Shown: positions 9,346 to 19,231, counted from the first letter of the stretch. The stretch is DNA of 45,866 nt from a virus (IMGVR_UViG_3300021082_000048:1-45866); one strand, 5' to 3'. The notes: generated by a model not told the origin, from the letters alone. Numbers and translations are program-made.

Positions 9346-10647
9346 TTACGGACCCCACGGAGTGCCGCCACTACCGTTACCATTCACGGCAGTGCCGTTG
9401 ATACTACCAACCTCCGAGTCGATCCTACCACCCACAAGTGCTGCAGGAATCCTTGTATCAAGATCAGTCACATCTGCCTGCAATGCTGCAACCGCTGCAG
9501 TCAGTGCTGGCATCTCAGTATCAAGCAGATCATCCACTGTCGTCAACGCTGCTGCCGTCGCGAGACCAGACTGAATCTCAGTCACAGCATCGCTCGCAAT
9601 TGCATCTGCATCAATCGCATTCGTTGCAATCGCTGCCGCTGTCACAACCCCAGCAGCCATAGCACCCACTGACGCATCAATCCTACCACCAGTCAACGCT
9701 GCTGGAAGCCGAGTCTGAATATCGTTCGTATCAGACTGGAGACCACCAAGCTGCGTATCAAGGTTCGCACTCGACATACCCAGCGCTGCCCGTGTAGCTG
9801 CAGCATCCAGACCACCACCAGTGTCTGGCACATCATCAATCACTACCGCCGACACCGTACTAGCGTTGTCGAAGAACGTGTTGAAGTTATCCGCCGCATC
9901 TGCCGTAACTGCATCCCCACCAATCTGCACGATGTTCGCCGGCACTGGAGCACTCGTGCTTGCCGGAGGTGAGCCCCAAATCTTGTATGTGATCGTACCA
10001 CTCGGTGTGACAGTCCACGTGTCAACCGTAACAGTGTCAGTAGACAACACATTGTCAGTGATCGACCGGAACTGCCAGTAACCCTGCGTCGAGCCAAGCA
10101 CTCCAATCACACATCCGATCAGCGTATCATCTGCGAATGCCGCAGCAGCCCTCAGCACCACTGTCGTAGCAGTTGCTGACTGAGCCGTACCCTGATCAGA
10201 AATGCCGTGCTCAGGCACAGGACCAGCTGTGCCATCGTATGCAATCTCAAGAGCGTCCGCTGCACCAGAGTCACCGCTGATCTGTACGATATTCGCATCA
10301 ACTGTTGAAGTGATGATTTCGATGTAGCATCCCATCACGATCATACCAGTAACTGTACCATGAACCAGTACACCAGCAACTCCAGCAGCAACAGCAGCGT
10401 CTGGAAGGTCCAACCGATAGTATCCATTACCGATATGCAGGAATCCACCATCTGCGTGCGCCGTTGTTAGAGCCGCCAACGTAGCTTCGGTAATGTCTAC
10501 ACTTGCTGCACCTTCCCTACGATACTCCAAGTCGATACCAGAAGTGTTATACACCACTCCTGTCTCAGGTGTGCCATCAGTCGAGTCTACAATTCGGATG
10601 ACGACAGACTGATCTGTTGACCCACCTACAATCCTCCGCGTGTGCAT
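9346..10647 (-). CDS. Tail fibre-like / structural protein
   Basis: Ala/Thr/Asp-rich, internal repeats (NIVQI.GD twice, R.PAAL.GGRID twice); GGAG RBS. Confidence 0.6.
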   Translation of the reverse strand: MHTRRIVGGSTDQSVVIRIVDSTDGTPETGVVYNTSGIDLEYRREGAASVDITEATLAALTTAHADGGFLHIGNGYYRLDLPDAAVAAGVAGVLVHGTVTGMIVMGCYIEIITSTVDANIVQISGDSGAADALEIAYDGTAGPVPEHGISDQGTAQSATATTVVLRAAAAFADDTLIGCVIGVLGSTQGYWQFRSITDNVLSTDTVTVDTWTVTPSGTITYKIWGSPPASTSAPVPANIVQIGGDAVTADAADNFNTFFDNASTVSAVVIDDVPDTGGGLDAAATRAALGMSSANLDTQLGGLQSDTNDIQTRLPAALTGGRIDASVGAMAAGVVTAAAIATNAIDADAIASDAVTEIQSGLATAAALTTVDDLLDTEMPALTAAVAALQADVTDLDTRIPAALVGGRIDSEVGSINGTAVNGNGSGGTPWGP

Positions 10648-10656
10648 CGTCAACTC

Positions 10657-11409
10657 CTAATTGTAGTGATCCATGAGTGTTACAATCCCGCCGCCGCCTC
10701 CTCCTGCTGGAGCAAGATAGTTCAGTGCAAGCACAACACAACGCCACTTCAACGTACCACCTGTAGCCGACATAGTATAGTTAGGTACCACGCTCGCATC
10801 ACCAATTGAAGTCGCAAGAATCAACGTCTGGTCACGAAAGGTCGAACCAGCAAGCTCAGACACAGATACCTGCTCTGTTCCATCACCTGCATTCGTTGCC
10901 ACACACGTCGCCCCATCTGAATGCGAAATCAAGATCAGCACCAAATCTTCTGACGCCGTCGTCGGCACAAACGCTGCAGCTCCAGACAACTGTGCAGGTG
11001 TGGTGTTTGCACCAGTATTCGTCGAAGCTGTCTGGTTTGGTGCAGCAGGGTCTACATTGTCGAAGGACGCAACAATGCCTGCATAAGTCTCAGCTGTCGT
11101 ATCACGAGTGAGAACGATCGACACTGTACCTGAAACAGCATCAGCAATGTCAGCACCCCAAACCCACTGCCTGTTTGTGTTAGTCGTAGCAGGAAAACTA
11201 AAGAGCAAGTCCATCGCTACCGCACCACCACCTAGCCCATCATCAATAGTTGGTAGTCCTGTCACCACTGCGTTCGTACCAGCTGATTCAGCAATAATCA
11301 GCAAGATGTATCTCGACAACCCAGACGGCACAGTATACGTAAGTGTCTTTGCTACAACACCACCGTTCGCCTGTGTAAACGTATCTGTGTCCATGAGAGT
11401 TACTGGCAT
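10657..11409 (-). CDS. Beta-rich structural protein
   Basis: Thr/Ala-rich 250 aa with a poly-Gly linker near the C-terminus; GGAG RBS. Confidence 0.6.
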   Translation of the reverse strand: MPVTLMDTDTFTQANGGVVAKTLTYTVPSGLSRYILLIIAESAGTNAVVTGLPTIDDGLGGGAVAMDLLFSFPATTNTNRQWVWGADIADAVSGTVSIVLTRDTTAETYAGIVASFDNVDPAAPNQTASTNTGANTTPAQLSGAAAFVPTTASEDLVLILISHSDGATCVATNAGDGTEQVSVSELAGSTFRDQTLILATSIGDASVVPNYTMSATGGTLKWRCVVLALNYLAPAGGGGGGIVTLMDHYN

Positions 11410-11421
11410 CGAGCAAACTCC

Positions 11422-12768
11422 CTAAATGAGATTAACATCTGACAAGCCAATACACAAAGCAATCCAATCTTGGTACATGTCTCTACCAACTGGTACCCTA
11501 CTACCACCACCATGTGTCAGATCGGTGTTCAACGTAGTAAAATAAGGATCAGATGGGGTAAGACCCACATCTCTTGGTGATCCACCAATAGTCGGAATGT
11601 ATGACGCACCTAGTGAAAATGCACTGTAGTACGGCTCCACGTATCGCACATTGTCTGCCGTCTCAACAAGCACACCACCCACATAAGCACGATACTTTCC
11701 ATTATCAGACCCAACATCATTCAACTGCAAAATGAACTCTTCCTTCAACAACACACCTTCTGATCCAGTGCCTACGATAGCATTAATCGAGCGTGGATTT
11801 GGGTAGATACCATACCCTGCCGTAGTACTCCATACAGGATACCCACTACCATCCACTGTCACACCATCCCACACCTTAGCGTTCTGGTTCGCAAAGTTGT
11901 ATGTAAGCCCTTCGGTAATCGCTCCTCCACCACCCGTAACATTGTAAGTACCACCACCAATGTAAGGATTGTCATACGACTGCCGTGTACCCGACTTAGG
12001 ATCAGTTCCAGCCCAGGTATAAGTAGCCGTATGCAGTGCAAAGAATGCCGGCTTGGTTCCTGCATTCGAACCAATAGTACCAGAATGTGCTACCGTGCAG
12101 ATGTAATAGTTCGTTCCCACCAACGTACCAGTCAGCTTCTTTCCCGTCTCCAACACTAGCGTTGTTGCTGTGTTGCTTTCAATCTTTACACCACGCTCAG
12201 AGTTTGCAGCAAAGCGAATAAAGCGGCCAACATGCTCATTAACTGTCCACGACTTCGCGGTGTCCACAAGCTGTGTAAGCGTTGTTCCAGTCTTGGATGT
12301 ACCAGAATCAACGATTGTATTCGTAGCAGAATACTCTCCAGCTTGTGACCAGTTGGGAGAATACCGACGCCACATATGAATGTATAGTACTTTCGGCCGC
12401 CTACCACTAGCCCCCAAGCCTCCTACCGTCAGCTTCATTGGACCAGCACCACCAAAGTCTACACCTGGCCAATACCCTCCATCAGGACCATCAATATCAG
12501 GAAACTTGATCCGCATGCAGAAGCCACTCGGGCTCGTAGGATCGGCCACGATGTTTGCTGCATACAGATAACTATGAAGAGTTGTAAACCCATAGGCATC
12601 TACCGCTCCTCCAGTAAACTGATACGAGGTAGGTAGAACATCACCTAGCCACGACTGGTATGGAGTAGTCAAGCCGTTTGGTGCGTTAGGACCAAGACCA
12701 GTAAACGAATCCGCTGATCCATGACCTACACGACGGCCAGCCTTGTGCCGAAAGAGTAGTCCACTCAT
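11422..12768 (-). CDS. Lectin/polysaccharide-lyase-like putative receptor-binding protein, paralog B
   Basis: Shares MSGLLFRHKA..RVGH, GLGPNAPNGL, KSWTVN, WDG.TVDG.GYPVW with its neighbour; LQLNDVGSDNGKYRAYVGG jelly-roll-like motif. Confidence 0.6.
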   Translation of the reverse strand: MSGLLFRHKAGRRVGHGSADSFTGLGPNAPNGLTTPYQSWLGDVLPTSYQFTGGAVDAYGFTTLHSYLYAANIVADPTSPSGFCMRIKFPDIDGPDGGYWPGVDFGGAGPMKLTVGGLGASGRRPKVLYIHMWRRYSPNWSQAGEYSATNTIVDSGTSKTGTTLTQLVDTAKSWTVNEHVGRFIRFAANSERGVKIESNTATTLVLETGKKLTGTLVGTNYYICTVAHSGTIGSNAGTKPAFFALHTATYTWAGTDPKSGTRQSYDNPYIGGGTYNVTGGGGAITEGLTYNFANQNAKVWDGVTVDGSGYPVWSTTAGYGIYPNPRSINAIVGTGSEGVLLKEEFILQLNDVGSDNGKYRAYVGGVLVETADNVRYVEPYYSAFSLGASYIPTIGGSPRDVGLTPSDPYFTTLNTDLTHGGGSRVPVGRDMYQDWIALCIGLSDVNLI

Positions 12769-14108
12769 GGCTTACCTGCCACAATCAACTTGTGCAAATC
12801 AGTGTAGATCGTGTCCTCAGGCATCTTGAGACCACCACCATAGTCAAACGACTGCCACATATAACCCCACTTAACTTCCGATACAGCTAGCGCTACATTG
12901 CGACTCACCCCACCAACCGTTACAGTAATCTGTGCTTGGTTTGCTGACACATATGCCTCAGCGTAAATCTTATCTGTAGCAGATCGCTGAAGCACACCAT
13001 TGAGCCAGTAGCGATAGATGCCATTAGCTACTCCAGGAGTGTTCAATACTAGCTCCCACTCTTCGTCAATAATCTCACCAACCACAAAGCCGGTACATGG
13101 AGCAAACGGAGTGGAAGTCGCACGTCCTGCCGTCCACACCGGATAGCCGTTACCATCAACAGTACTACCATCCCATCGCTGAGCACCTTGATAATGGAAC
13201 TCACCGTCGATCCCCTCAGTAAGAGTAGGATCACCAAAGTCTGTAGTAAACCCACCAATAAAGTGGTTATCAGCCAACGAACCCACGGAATCTACAGACG
13301 GTGGCGTAGCCGCTACATTCGCGTAAGTACGCCGACCATAAATCTTCGGCCAAAAGAAACCCTTCACACCAGTGTTCTGTCCAACCGCTGCACCAGTATC
13401 TGCAATATCATAGATGATATATACCTGTCCTGCTCCTAACGCATAGTTTGTACGATAAGGACTTACAAACGTGATAGACGTAGCAGTATTACTAGCAATC
13501 GGCCAGCCCTTACCTACTGCACCCAACGTCGAAGTATTGCGAAGCCACTTACCAGCCCATTGATTAACTGTCCATGACTTCGTACTATCATTGATGACAC
13601 TAACAGTAGTCCCTGAAGTCATCGTTCCTGAATCAAGTATCGACCCAACCATTGTTCTATCATTACCGTCAATAATCGTAAAGTTCGGACTGAACCTACG
13701 AATCGCGCGAACGTAGAGTGTCTGCCAATTCTGGTCATCTATATCCGAGCGAAGATAACCTGATCCCGGTGACTGACCACCAAAGATATTCGGTGGAAAG
13801 GACGCGCCACAGACAGCTCTATCATTTGCCCAGCCATGATGCGTGAAGCGAAGAACTGTTCCAGTCTCTTCATTCTCAGGATCAGCCACAAGCGAATATG
13901 CATACTGTTGCTGATCATAAGTGTTACCCATTCCATACTGATTATTTGTAACAGGAAACGTAGGACCTCTAGCTGGCAACTCATCCCCATAAAAGATTGG
14001 GAATGGTGTCTCAAGTCCATTAGGCGCATTAGGACCAAGGCCGAATGGCACAGCTGTAGTGTGACCTACCCGCTTTGCTGCTTTATGTCTAAATAGCAAG
14101 CCACTCAT
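12765..14108 (-). CDS. Lectin/polysaccharide-lyase-like putative receptor-binding protein, paralog A
   Basis: WELVLNTPGVANGIYRYWLNG resembles PL14/ConA-like domains; paralogous to the neighbour. Confidence 0.6.
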   Translation of the reverse strand: MSGLLFRHKAAKRVGHTTAVPFGLGPNAPNGLETPFPIFYGDELPARGPTFPVTNNQYGMGNTYDQQQYAYSLVADPENEETGTVLRFTHHGWANDRAVCGASFPPNIFGGQSPGSGYLRSDIDDQNWQTLYVRAIRRFSPNFTIIDGNDRTMVGSILDSGTMTSGTTVSVINDSTKSWTVNQWAGKWLRNTSTLGAVGKGWPIASNTATSITFVSPYRTNYALGAGQVYIIYDIADTGAAVGQNTGVKGFFWPKIYGRRTYANVAATPPSVDSVGSLADNHFIGGFTTDFGDPTLTEGIDGEFHYQGAQRWDGSTVDGNGYPVWTAGRATSTPFAPCTGFVVGEIIDEEWELVLNTPGVANGIYRYWLNGVLQRSATDKIYAEAYVSANQAQITVTVGGVSRNVALAVSEVKWGYMWQSFDYGGGLKMPEDTIYTDLHKLIVAGKP

Positions 14109-14440
14109 GAGCTATGTATCTCCTTATGACATGACTTACAAACCCACATAACGTTGCTCATATCAAAAGTCCTATCAGGATTCCAACTCATCTGTTCCTT
14201 GTGATGGACTTGTGTTCCATAGCCGCCACAATCATACTCGCATTTCCCGCCGGCTCTAGTAGCTGCGGCTCTTCTAAGCATTTCCCATTCTGGCGTAATA
14301 TAGAGCTGGCTCTTCAGCCAACCCCACGCCTTTAAAAAAGCTCTCCTGCTGAGCCCTTTCGTCCTCCGCTTTTCTCTCAGCAGATTCATTTGCTTTATCA
14401 ATTGCGAGGCAGTTAGGGCACCTGCCTGATCTTGCATCAT
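14105..14440 (-). CDS. HNH endonuclease
   Basis: CEYDC...VHH...N.MWVCKSCHKEIH motif; AGGAGAGG RBS. Confidence 0.85.
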   Translation of the reverse strand: MMQDQAGALTASQLIKQMNLLREKRRTKGLSRRAFLKAWGWLKSQLYITPEWEMLRRAAATRAGGKCEYDCGGYGTQVHHKEQMSWNPDRTFDMSNVMWVCKSCHKEIHSS

Positions 14441-14630
14441 GATCTAGCCTCTCCTCCTTTGCTTGCGCGGCGAGGTGGTGTGGTCCAGTGCGTCGGCCCC
14501 CGCGGTGTGGCGGGGCATCTGTGCCGTCCGTGGTCCACAGCGGGCGGCGGGGATCTAGGACGTGCAATGCTAAGTCGTCGAGATACTCATCGACTGTCCA
14601 TCCTAGGTCCCTACCGTCCCTGTCGTACAT
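14274..14630 (-). CDS. Hypothetical protein overlapping the HNH gene
   Basis: ATG coupled to the upstream TAA (TAATG); 167-nt overlap with HNH makes it uncertain. Confidence 0.35.
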   Translation of the reverse strand: MYDRDGRDLGWTVDEYLDDLALHVLDPRRPLWTTDGTDAPPHRGGRRTGPHHLAAQAKEERLDHDARSGRCPNCLAIDKANESAERKAEDERAQQESFFKGVGLAEEPALYYARMGNA

Positions 14631-15256
14631 TACGCAGGTGGCTGTGACGGTTCAAGCGGGTCAACAGGTGGCTCAGTAGGAGCAGCCGGAACCTGTGCCC
14701 ACATCCAGCCGTAGCCGGGAACGAACGCGTACACCCACCCACTCCCTTCAGGATCGCTTGCAGGCAGACCACCCGCCATACCCGGTGGCTGCGTGCCTTC
14801 AACTGGCGGCTCAACAGGCGGCTTCGGACCACCAGCCCACGGTGGACGTACAGCACCCGGCGGCCAGAAGATCGGCAGCCAAAGAATCGGCCCACCCGGC
14901 GCGATCGGGAATGCCACGTGCGGCGGATCAGGATCTACCGGTGGCTCAGGCTGCGGTCCACCTGCCCAAGGCGGCCGCGGAGCTCCGGGCGGAAAGAAGA
15001 TCGGCAGATGAATCTCGGGCGGAGTACCGGGAAGCCCAATGTCTGGAAACGGATCACCTCCGCCTCCACCAGTCGGTGGCTGAGGGCCTCCTGCCCAAGG
15101 TGGACGCTGCGAGCCCGGTGGAAAGTAGATCGGCAGATTGATCCCCGGTCCACTGTCCGGAAGCGTATGATCTGGGTACGCTGGATCACCCGGACCTCCA
15201 CCACCATCAGGTGGGACGCCCTTGAGTGGCGTAATGAGTGCAAGAAATGGTCGCAT
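14630..15256 (-). CDS. Pro/Gly-rich repeat protein
   Basis: Three copies of LPIx(F/W)PPGxxRPPWAGGP(Q/K)P; aromatic C-terminal hairpin WVYAFVPGYGWMW; GGGAG RBS. Confidence 0.75.
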   Translation of the reverse strand: MRPFLALITPLKGVPPDGGGGPGDPAYPDHTLPDSGPGINLPIYFPPGSQRPPWAGGPQPPTGGGGGDPFPDIGLPGTPPEIHLPIFFPPGAPRPPWAGGPQPEPPVDPDPPHVAFPIAPGGPILWLPIFWPPGAVRPPWAGGPKPPVEPPVEGTQPPGMAGGLPASDPEGSGWVYAFVPGYGWMWAQVPAAPTEPPVDPLEPSQPPA

Positions 15257-15270
15257 TGTTACTCTCCCTT

Positions 15271-15444
15271 TTAAAGTTTGTTCAACTCAGTCAACAGCCC
15301 AAATGTCCTCAACACGTACAGCACCACAAGCAACAGTACCACGATGTAGATCACCTTCTTGATCGTCTCGTCCATCGGAATCAGCTGAATCAAATACAGT
15401 GCGACTCCGACCACAATCAGCATAATGATCAGTGAGACTAACAT
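15271..15444 (-). CDS. Small two-TM membrane protein (Thivi_2564-like; holin candidate)
   Basis: Not in ORF track; own translation MLVSLIIMLIVVGVALYLIQLIPMDETIKKVIYIVVLLLVVLYVLRTFGLLTELNKL; AGGAGG RBS. Confidence 0.75.
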   Translation of the reverse strand: MLVSLIIMLIVVGVALYLIQLIPMDETIKKVIYIVVLLLVVLYVLRTFGLLTELNKL

Positions 15445-15453
15445 GCAACCTCC

Positions 15454-15471
15454 TGATTCAAGTCTGAATCG
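15454..15471. promoter_or_regulatory. Palindromic site, copy 3 (TGATTCA-AGTC-TGAATCG)
   Basis: Fills the gap between a stop codon and the next RBS. Confidence 0.85.
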
Positions 15472-15474
15472 CTA

Positions 15475-16392
15475 TCAAATCTCACTAGTTCCGCTGGGCG
15501 GAGTGTCACCGCACGACATGTCATTAGTGATCGTGCCGCCCGTGACACTAAACTGTGGACAATACGTCTTCGCCAAGTTCCTAGCGTTTGGACTGTTGCC
15601 CCATCCTGGATACTTCGTCTTCACTTGATTGACACAGTACGTGCTGTCCGATGCGCTTGCGAAATACCCCAGTGGATACCGACTGTTATCAGTGAAGTAT
15701 CCCACTGTACAAAACTGCACCTGTGCGCGTGCAGTATACGTTGCATGCACGCTATCCCGGTATCCCTGTGGTGCCCCCGCAGCAACGCTGGCACTGTCCC
15801 ACGTCTTCCACTCCTGTGCTGTGAGCGACCGTGTGACTGTGGCATTCTCTGGCAACATCTCCCAGTCCCGGAGGCCCACGACAGTCATCGACGAGTCCAC
15901 CGCTGGAATCCCAGGCGGCCCAGGAATCCTCGTTACTGCCCACGATGCCACTGAGCACTTGTTAGTGTATGTCGTGGTGCCCTTGCGGCTACAGACTGTG
16001 ATCGTGAAGTTCACGTCCGGCTGCGTGGTGTTGACCGCTCTGAGCAAGTACAGTGTCCCTGTCTGAATGAAGCTGGTCGGCAGGTTCGTCCACCCAGTTG
16101 TTGGCACTGCACTAACCGTGACCGAGTATCCGGTTGCCCGTGCTCCTGCACCCCACGTGATGTTGTACGCCAGTGTATCACCCGGCAGTTCCATATTGTA
16201 CCCGGGCGCCGGCTCAATGTTGATCACTCCGGGAGTGCCGCTGTTCTGCCCGTTCGCCTCAGGCAGCACCATATCCATCACTGTGATTACCCCAGCACCT
16301 AGAGGCGGAGCTGGCTTATGGGATAGTCTCTTTGCACCTACTGCAGTGATGGTCAGTAGAATGCAAGTGCTGATGATTAACAGTCGTCGCAT
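15475..16392 (-). CDS. Secreted protein with signal peptide and Fn3/Ig-like domain
   Basis: MRRLLIISTCILLTITAVGA signal; ITWGAGARATGYSVTV Fn3-like strands; several cysteines. Confidence 0.6.
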   Translation of the reverse strand: MRRLLIISTCILLTITAVGAKRLSHKPAPPLGAGVITVMDMVLPEANGQNSGTPGVINIEPAPGYNMELPGDTLAYNITWGAGARATGYSVTVSAVPTTGWTNLPTSFIQTGTLYLLRAVNTTQPDVNFTITVCSRKGTTTYTNKCSVASWAVTRIPGPPGIPAVDSSMTVVGLRDWEMLPENATVTRSLTAQEWKTWDSASVAAGAPQGYRDSVHATYTARAQVQFCTVGYFTDNSRYPLGYFASASDSTYCVNQVKTKYPGWGNSPNARNLAKTYCPQFSVTGGTITNDMSCGDTPPSGTSEI

Positions 16393-16418
16393 ACAGATTC
16401 GTCCTTCTTACGTTAAAG

Positions 16419-18080
16419 TTAGTTACGCAACTCGTACACACCTACTGGACCAAACTGCGGTACTTCATCAAGACCAATGTCATCAGGGTGTGGCCCTTCG
16501 CCCCTACGTGTGGGCAGCCACGACTCAGTTGGGGCGGCTGACATCTGCAGCTGATCCATCCGACGAAACAATGCTTGCTCAGACTGTTGGTACTTCATCC
16601 AGCGCTCAGGTGACATGATCCCACGCCACATCGTAAGCTGGTGTGCCAGCGCATCTGCCACATCGTCGTGTTCTCCCAACGGGAAGTCTGCCAGCTCATT
16701 TCGCAGGATGTGTTGTGTGGGCAGAATATACATGTGCCCTGTGGCGGCGATGGGCTGGAGACCTCGAATACGCATTTCTTTGCTATTCGACCCTGTTCCC
16801 CTCTTTGATGCTACTGCCTTCAGCTCGATGATGTTCATGTACACGTTACGGCGTTCACACTCAGCCTTCAAGAAGTACTTGAATGCCTTCTGGTAGACCA
16901 CACCTTCGATGCCTACAGCACGGATCGCATACCGCTTCCGTAGCCATAGCAGATGCTCGATCACCTCCAATGGAGTGCAACGTCTTGCCCAAGCATCGAG
17001 GACCACTACATCACCTCGACGGGTGACACCACAGGTTACGATGGCGTTTCGATCTGACGTAATCTTCTCAGCGACCGCGAGGTCCACGCTAGTTGTGATA
17101 TCAAGATGTTGCACCTCCTCGACGTAGTTGATCGTCCCGTCGTGGTTATAAAGCACTACGGACTCTTCGTCCGACGACCAGCGCCAGAACTTCAGATCGG
17201 CGATGTTGAAGTCTTGGTTAGCCACGTCCCTTGGATTGTTCTGGTATAGACATGAGAACATGTACTCGCCGATCTGTGCTCTGATCTGTGCCAGTGTGTC
17301 AAGCGAAATGAGTTCTGGGAATATCGGCTGGCCGTCTGGACCAATACTGGCCCTAATGAATCGAGCCATCTTAGTCCCCAAGACCTTCTGGAAGTAACTG
17401 TACACATCATATAGTGCCCACCGTGTACCGATGAGGTCGAACGTGTCGAGGTCTGGCTTCACCATCAGTGAGAAGAACTTGTCGATACGGGTGATAGTGT
17501 CCTGCATGACCGCAGCGCTCTTGGCGGCCTCTTCGGAGATTGGGTCATCCACCGTGATGTGAGTATAGTGTCGGGACGTGAGGGCACCTGTCATACCACC
17601 CGTGTCGATCGTGGGTTCTGGTCCCATCCACTGTCGTACGAGTGTTAGTTCCGTAGATGACCACGATCCGTTCTTTCGAGTGTCCTTGGGGATTATATCT
17701 GAGTACAACGCCCTCATGACAGGGTTCGACTCGAACTGCTGCTTGATTGCCGACATAAACCGTTGAGCGTTGGTCGAAGTTTCGTTGGCAAGTAGCACAC
17801 GCTGGTTCGGGTCGCGGATTACTTTTTGGGTTACGCGGCCAATGGTGCATAGCGATGTCTTGAAGTGGCCTCGCGGCATTAGCACTAGCTTGAATCGACT
17901 ATCGTGGTGATCGAGGTACTGGCACAGCGGACCATGACAATTGAGCGACATGTCACGGTAACCTAGGATTCCTTTGGCGAGGAAGAACAAATCGTTCTTG
18001 CCGCGCTCAGCCAAGTCATCCCGTATGTCAGACGACAGCTGGGTGACGTGCGAATCCAGGTGGGGCAGATCGGTGGCCAC
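16419..18080 (-). CDS. terL: Terminase large subunit
   Basis: Walker A PRGHFKT, Walker B HITVDD, coupling motif GTRW, nuclease VDLA and HDDVADA. Confidence 0.93.
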   Translation of the reverse strand: MATDLPHLDSHVTQLSSDIRDDLAERGKNDLFFLAKGILGYRDMSLNCHGPLCQYLDHHDSRFKLVLMPRGHFKTSLCTIGRVTQKVIRDPNQRVLLANETSTNAQRFMSAIKQQFESNPVMRALYSDIIPKDTRKNGSWSSTELTLVRQWMGPEPTIDTGGMTGALTSRHYTHITVDDPISEEAAKSAAVMQDTITRIDKFFSLMVKPDLDTFDLIGTRWALYDVYSYFQKVLGTKMARFIRASIGPDGQPIFPELISLDTLAQIRAQIGEYMFSCLYQNNPRDVANQDFNIADLKFWRWSSDEESVVLYNHDGTINYVEEVQHLDITTSVDLAVAEKITSDRNAIVTCGVTRRGDVVVLDAWARRCTPLEVIEHLLWLRKRYAIRAVGIEGVVYQKAFKYFLKAECERRNVYMNIIELKAVASKRGTGSNSKEMRIRGLQPIAATGHMYILPTQHILRNELADFPLGEHDDVADALAHQLTMWRGIMSPERWMKYQQSEQALFRRMDQLQMSAAPTESWLPTRRGEGPHPDDIGLDEVPQFGPVGVYELRN

Positions 18081-18082
18081 GG

Positions 18083-18265
18083 CTACTTCGCTGTCTCGTC
18101 GATAGCGTAGCCTTCCTTACGGTTACGTTCCGAGAGTGGGGTTGCGTACTTCATCGTGTCCTCGTAGATTCTCTGCGAGGCTTCCTTGAGCGTAGGCATC
18201 CTCTCCTCGATTGGCTTCGAGGGCTTTGGTGGCGCCTTAGGGATTTGGTTGATCTGTTTCGGCAT
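18083..18265 (-). CDS. Small hypothetical protein
   Basis: MPKQINQIPK..., 60 aa, fills the gap before terL. Confidence 0.5.
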   Translation of the reverse strand: MPKQINQIPKAPPKPSKPIEERMPTLKEASQRIYEDTMKYATPLSERNRKEGYAIDETAK

Positions 18266-18863
18266 GATCTCGCTGCTCCAGTGTGGGGATGGTAGGCACG
18301 GTATCAAGTGCAACCTCAATCCGTCCATGCAGCGCATCCTCGGCGAACAGGTGACGTGCCTGTGCTGACTCGACAAGTGCAGCTGCCATTGCCTTGGCGT
18401 CATGCCCAGCGATTGTAAGGGTGCTGACTTGGTGACGCTGAATCTTACTGGTCTCAGTGCTACGGTCCGCAAGGTCCTGTGCGGCCTTGAGCTGTACGTC
18501 TGGCTTGACCCCTGGGTCATCCATGATCGCTGCAAGCTTGGCGACACCTGCGCGGCCCAGTGTGCGAAGCACTACGTTCATGTCGAGTGTCTCATCCTCG
18601 AGTCGACCATCGAGGTCTGCCATCGCTGTCTTAAGAACCGATGACCCATGCTTCTGGCCGGTGAGCATTGACAGGTAATTCTCGTTTAGGCCAGCCACCT
18701 GGGATGCCTCCTTTTTGGTCTTGCAGGCGCCCGTTGTGTATAGGCGCATCGCCATCTTGACGCGGGGCGAGAGCTTCTTTACATCGAAGGTGCCTTTGTA
18801 ATCGGTGGCTGGTGCTCGCTCACCATCGGGACCATAGTAGATGTATTCTCTGGCAGCACCCAC
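18237..18863 (-). CDS. Terminase small subunit candidate
   Basis: HTH-like TKKEASQVAGLNENYLSML then helices; first late gene upstream of terL; AGGAG RBS. Confidence 0.6.
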   Translation of the reverse strand: MGAAREYIYYGPDGERAPATDYKGTFDVKKLSPRVKMAMRLYTTGACKTKKEASQVAGLNENYLSMLTGQKHGSSVLKTAMADLDGRLEDETLDMNVVLRTLGRAGVAKLAAIMDDPGVKPDVQLKAAQDLADRSTETSKIQRHQVSTLTIAGHDAKAMAAALVESAQARHLFAEDALHGRIEVALDTVPTIPTLEQRDHAETDQPNP

Positions 18864-18928
18864 AAGTGATCTCCTATGGAAATTATCCGCAAGCGCAGCG
18901 CCGCGGATATATGTAACAGCCCATTACC

Positions 18929-18957
18929 AAGGTAACACATATATTGGCCGTTCGCAA
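18929..18957 (-). promoter_or_regulatory. Putative sigma70-type promoter for the late arm
   Basis: TTGCGA-17 bp (ending ATGTGT)-TACCTT; same spacer end as the early promoters. Confidence 0.55.
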
Positions 18958-18983
18958 GTCAGTGATGGGAATTGTTACATTAG

Positions 18984-19001
18984 TGATTCAAGGTTGAATC
19001 G
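18984..19001. promoter_or_regulatory. Palindromic site, copy 4 (TGATTCA-AGGT-TGAATCG)
   Basis: Between the divergent late and early promoters. Confidence 0.85.
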
Positions 19002-19098
19002 CTAAGAAAGTTTTTGAAGTGTGCGAGTTGATGAGAGTTAGCTTTCGATTTTGGGCCATCTGATTGCGGGTGCCCCACCGGTCCCATGTGCCCCAGAT

Positions 19099-19127
19099 TT
19101 GACATGGCACATGAAATGTGTTATGTT
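19099..19127 (+). promoter_or_regulatory. Sigma70-type promoter P1
   Basis: TTGACA-17 bp (ending ATGTGT)-TATGTT. Confidence 0.75.
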
Positions 19128-19165
19128 ATATGTGTTGGTGATGGACGTTCTTTGACAATTGATTC

Positions 19166-19184
19166 GGTGTGTGGACATGGCGGG
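19166..19184. repeat. Inverted repeat, left arm (pairs with 19658-19676)
   Basis: GGTGTGTGGACATGGCGGG, 18/19 complementary to CCCGCCAAGTCCACACACC. Confidence 0.85.
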
Positions 19185-19231
19185 ATGTGGATTCTGAACA
19201 ACACATCCAACTCGAAACAACGGAGATTACC

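Noticed and set aside
11284-11300. TGATTCA-GCAA-TAATCA (and TGATTCTGAATC near 4005)
   Set aside because: Wrong spacing or missing base relative to the invariant geometry
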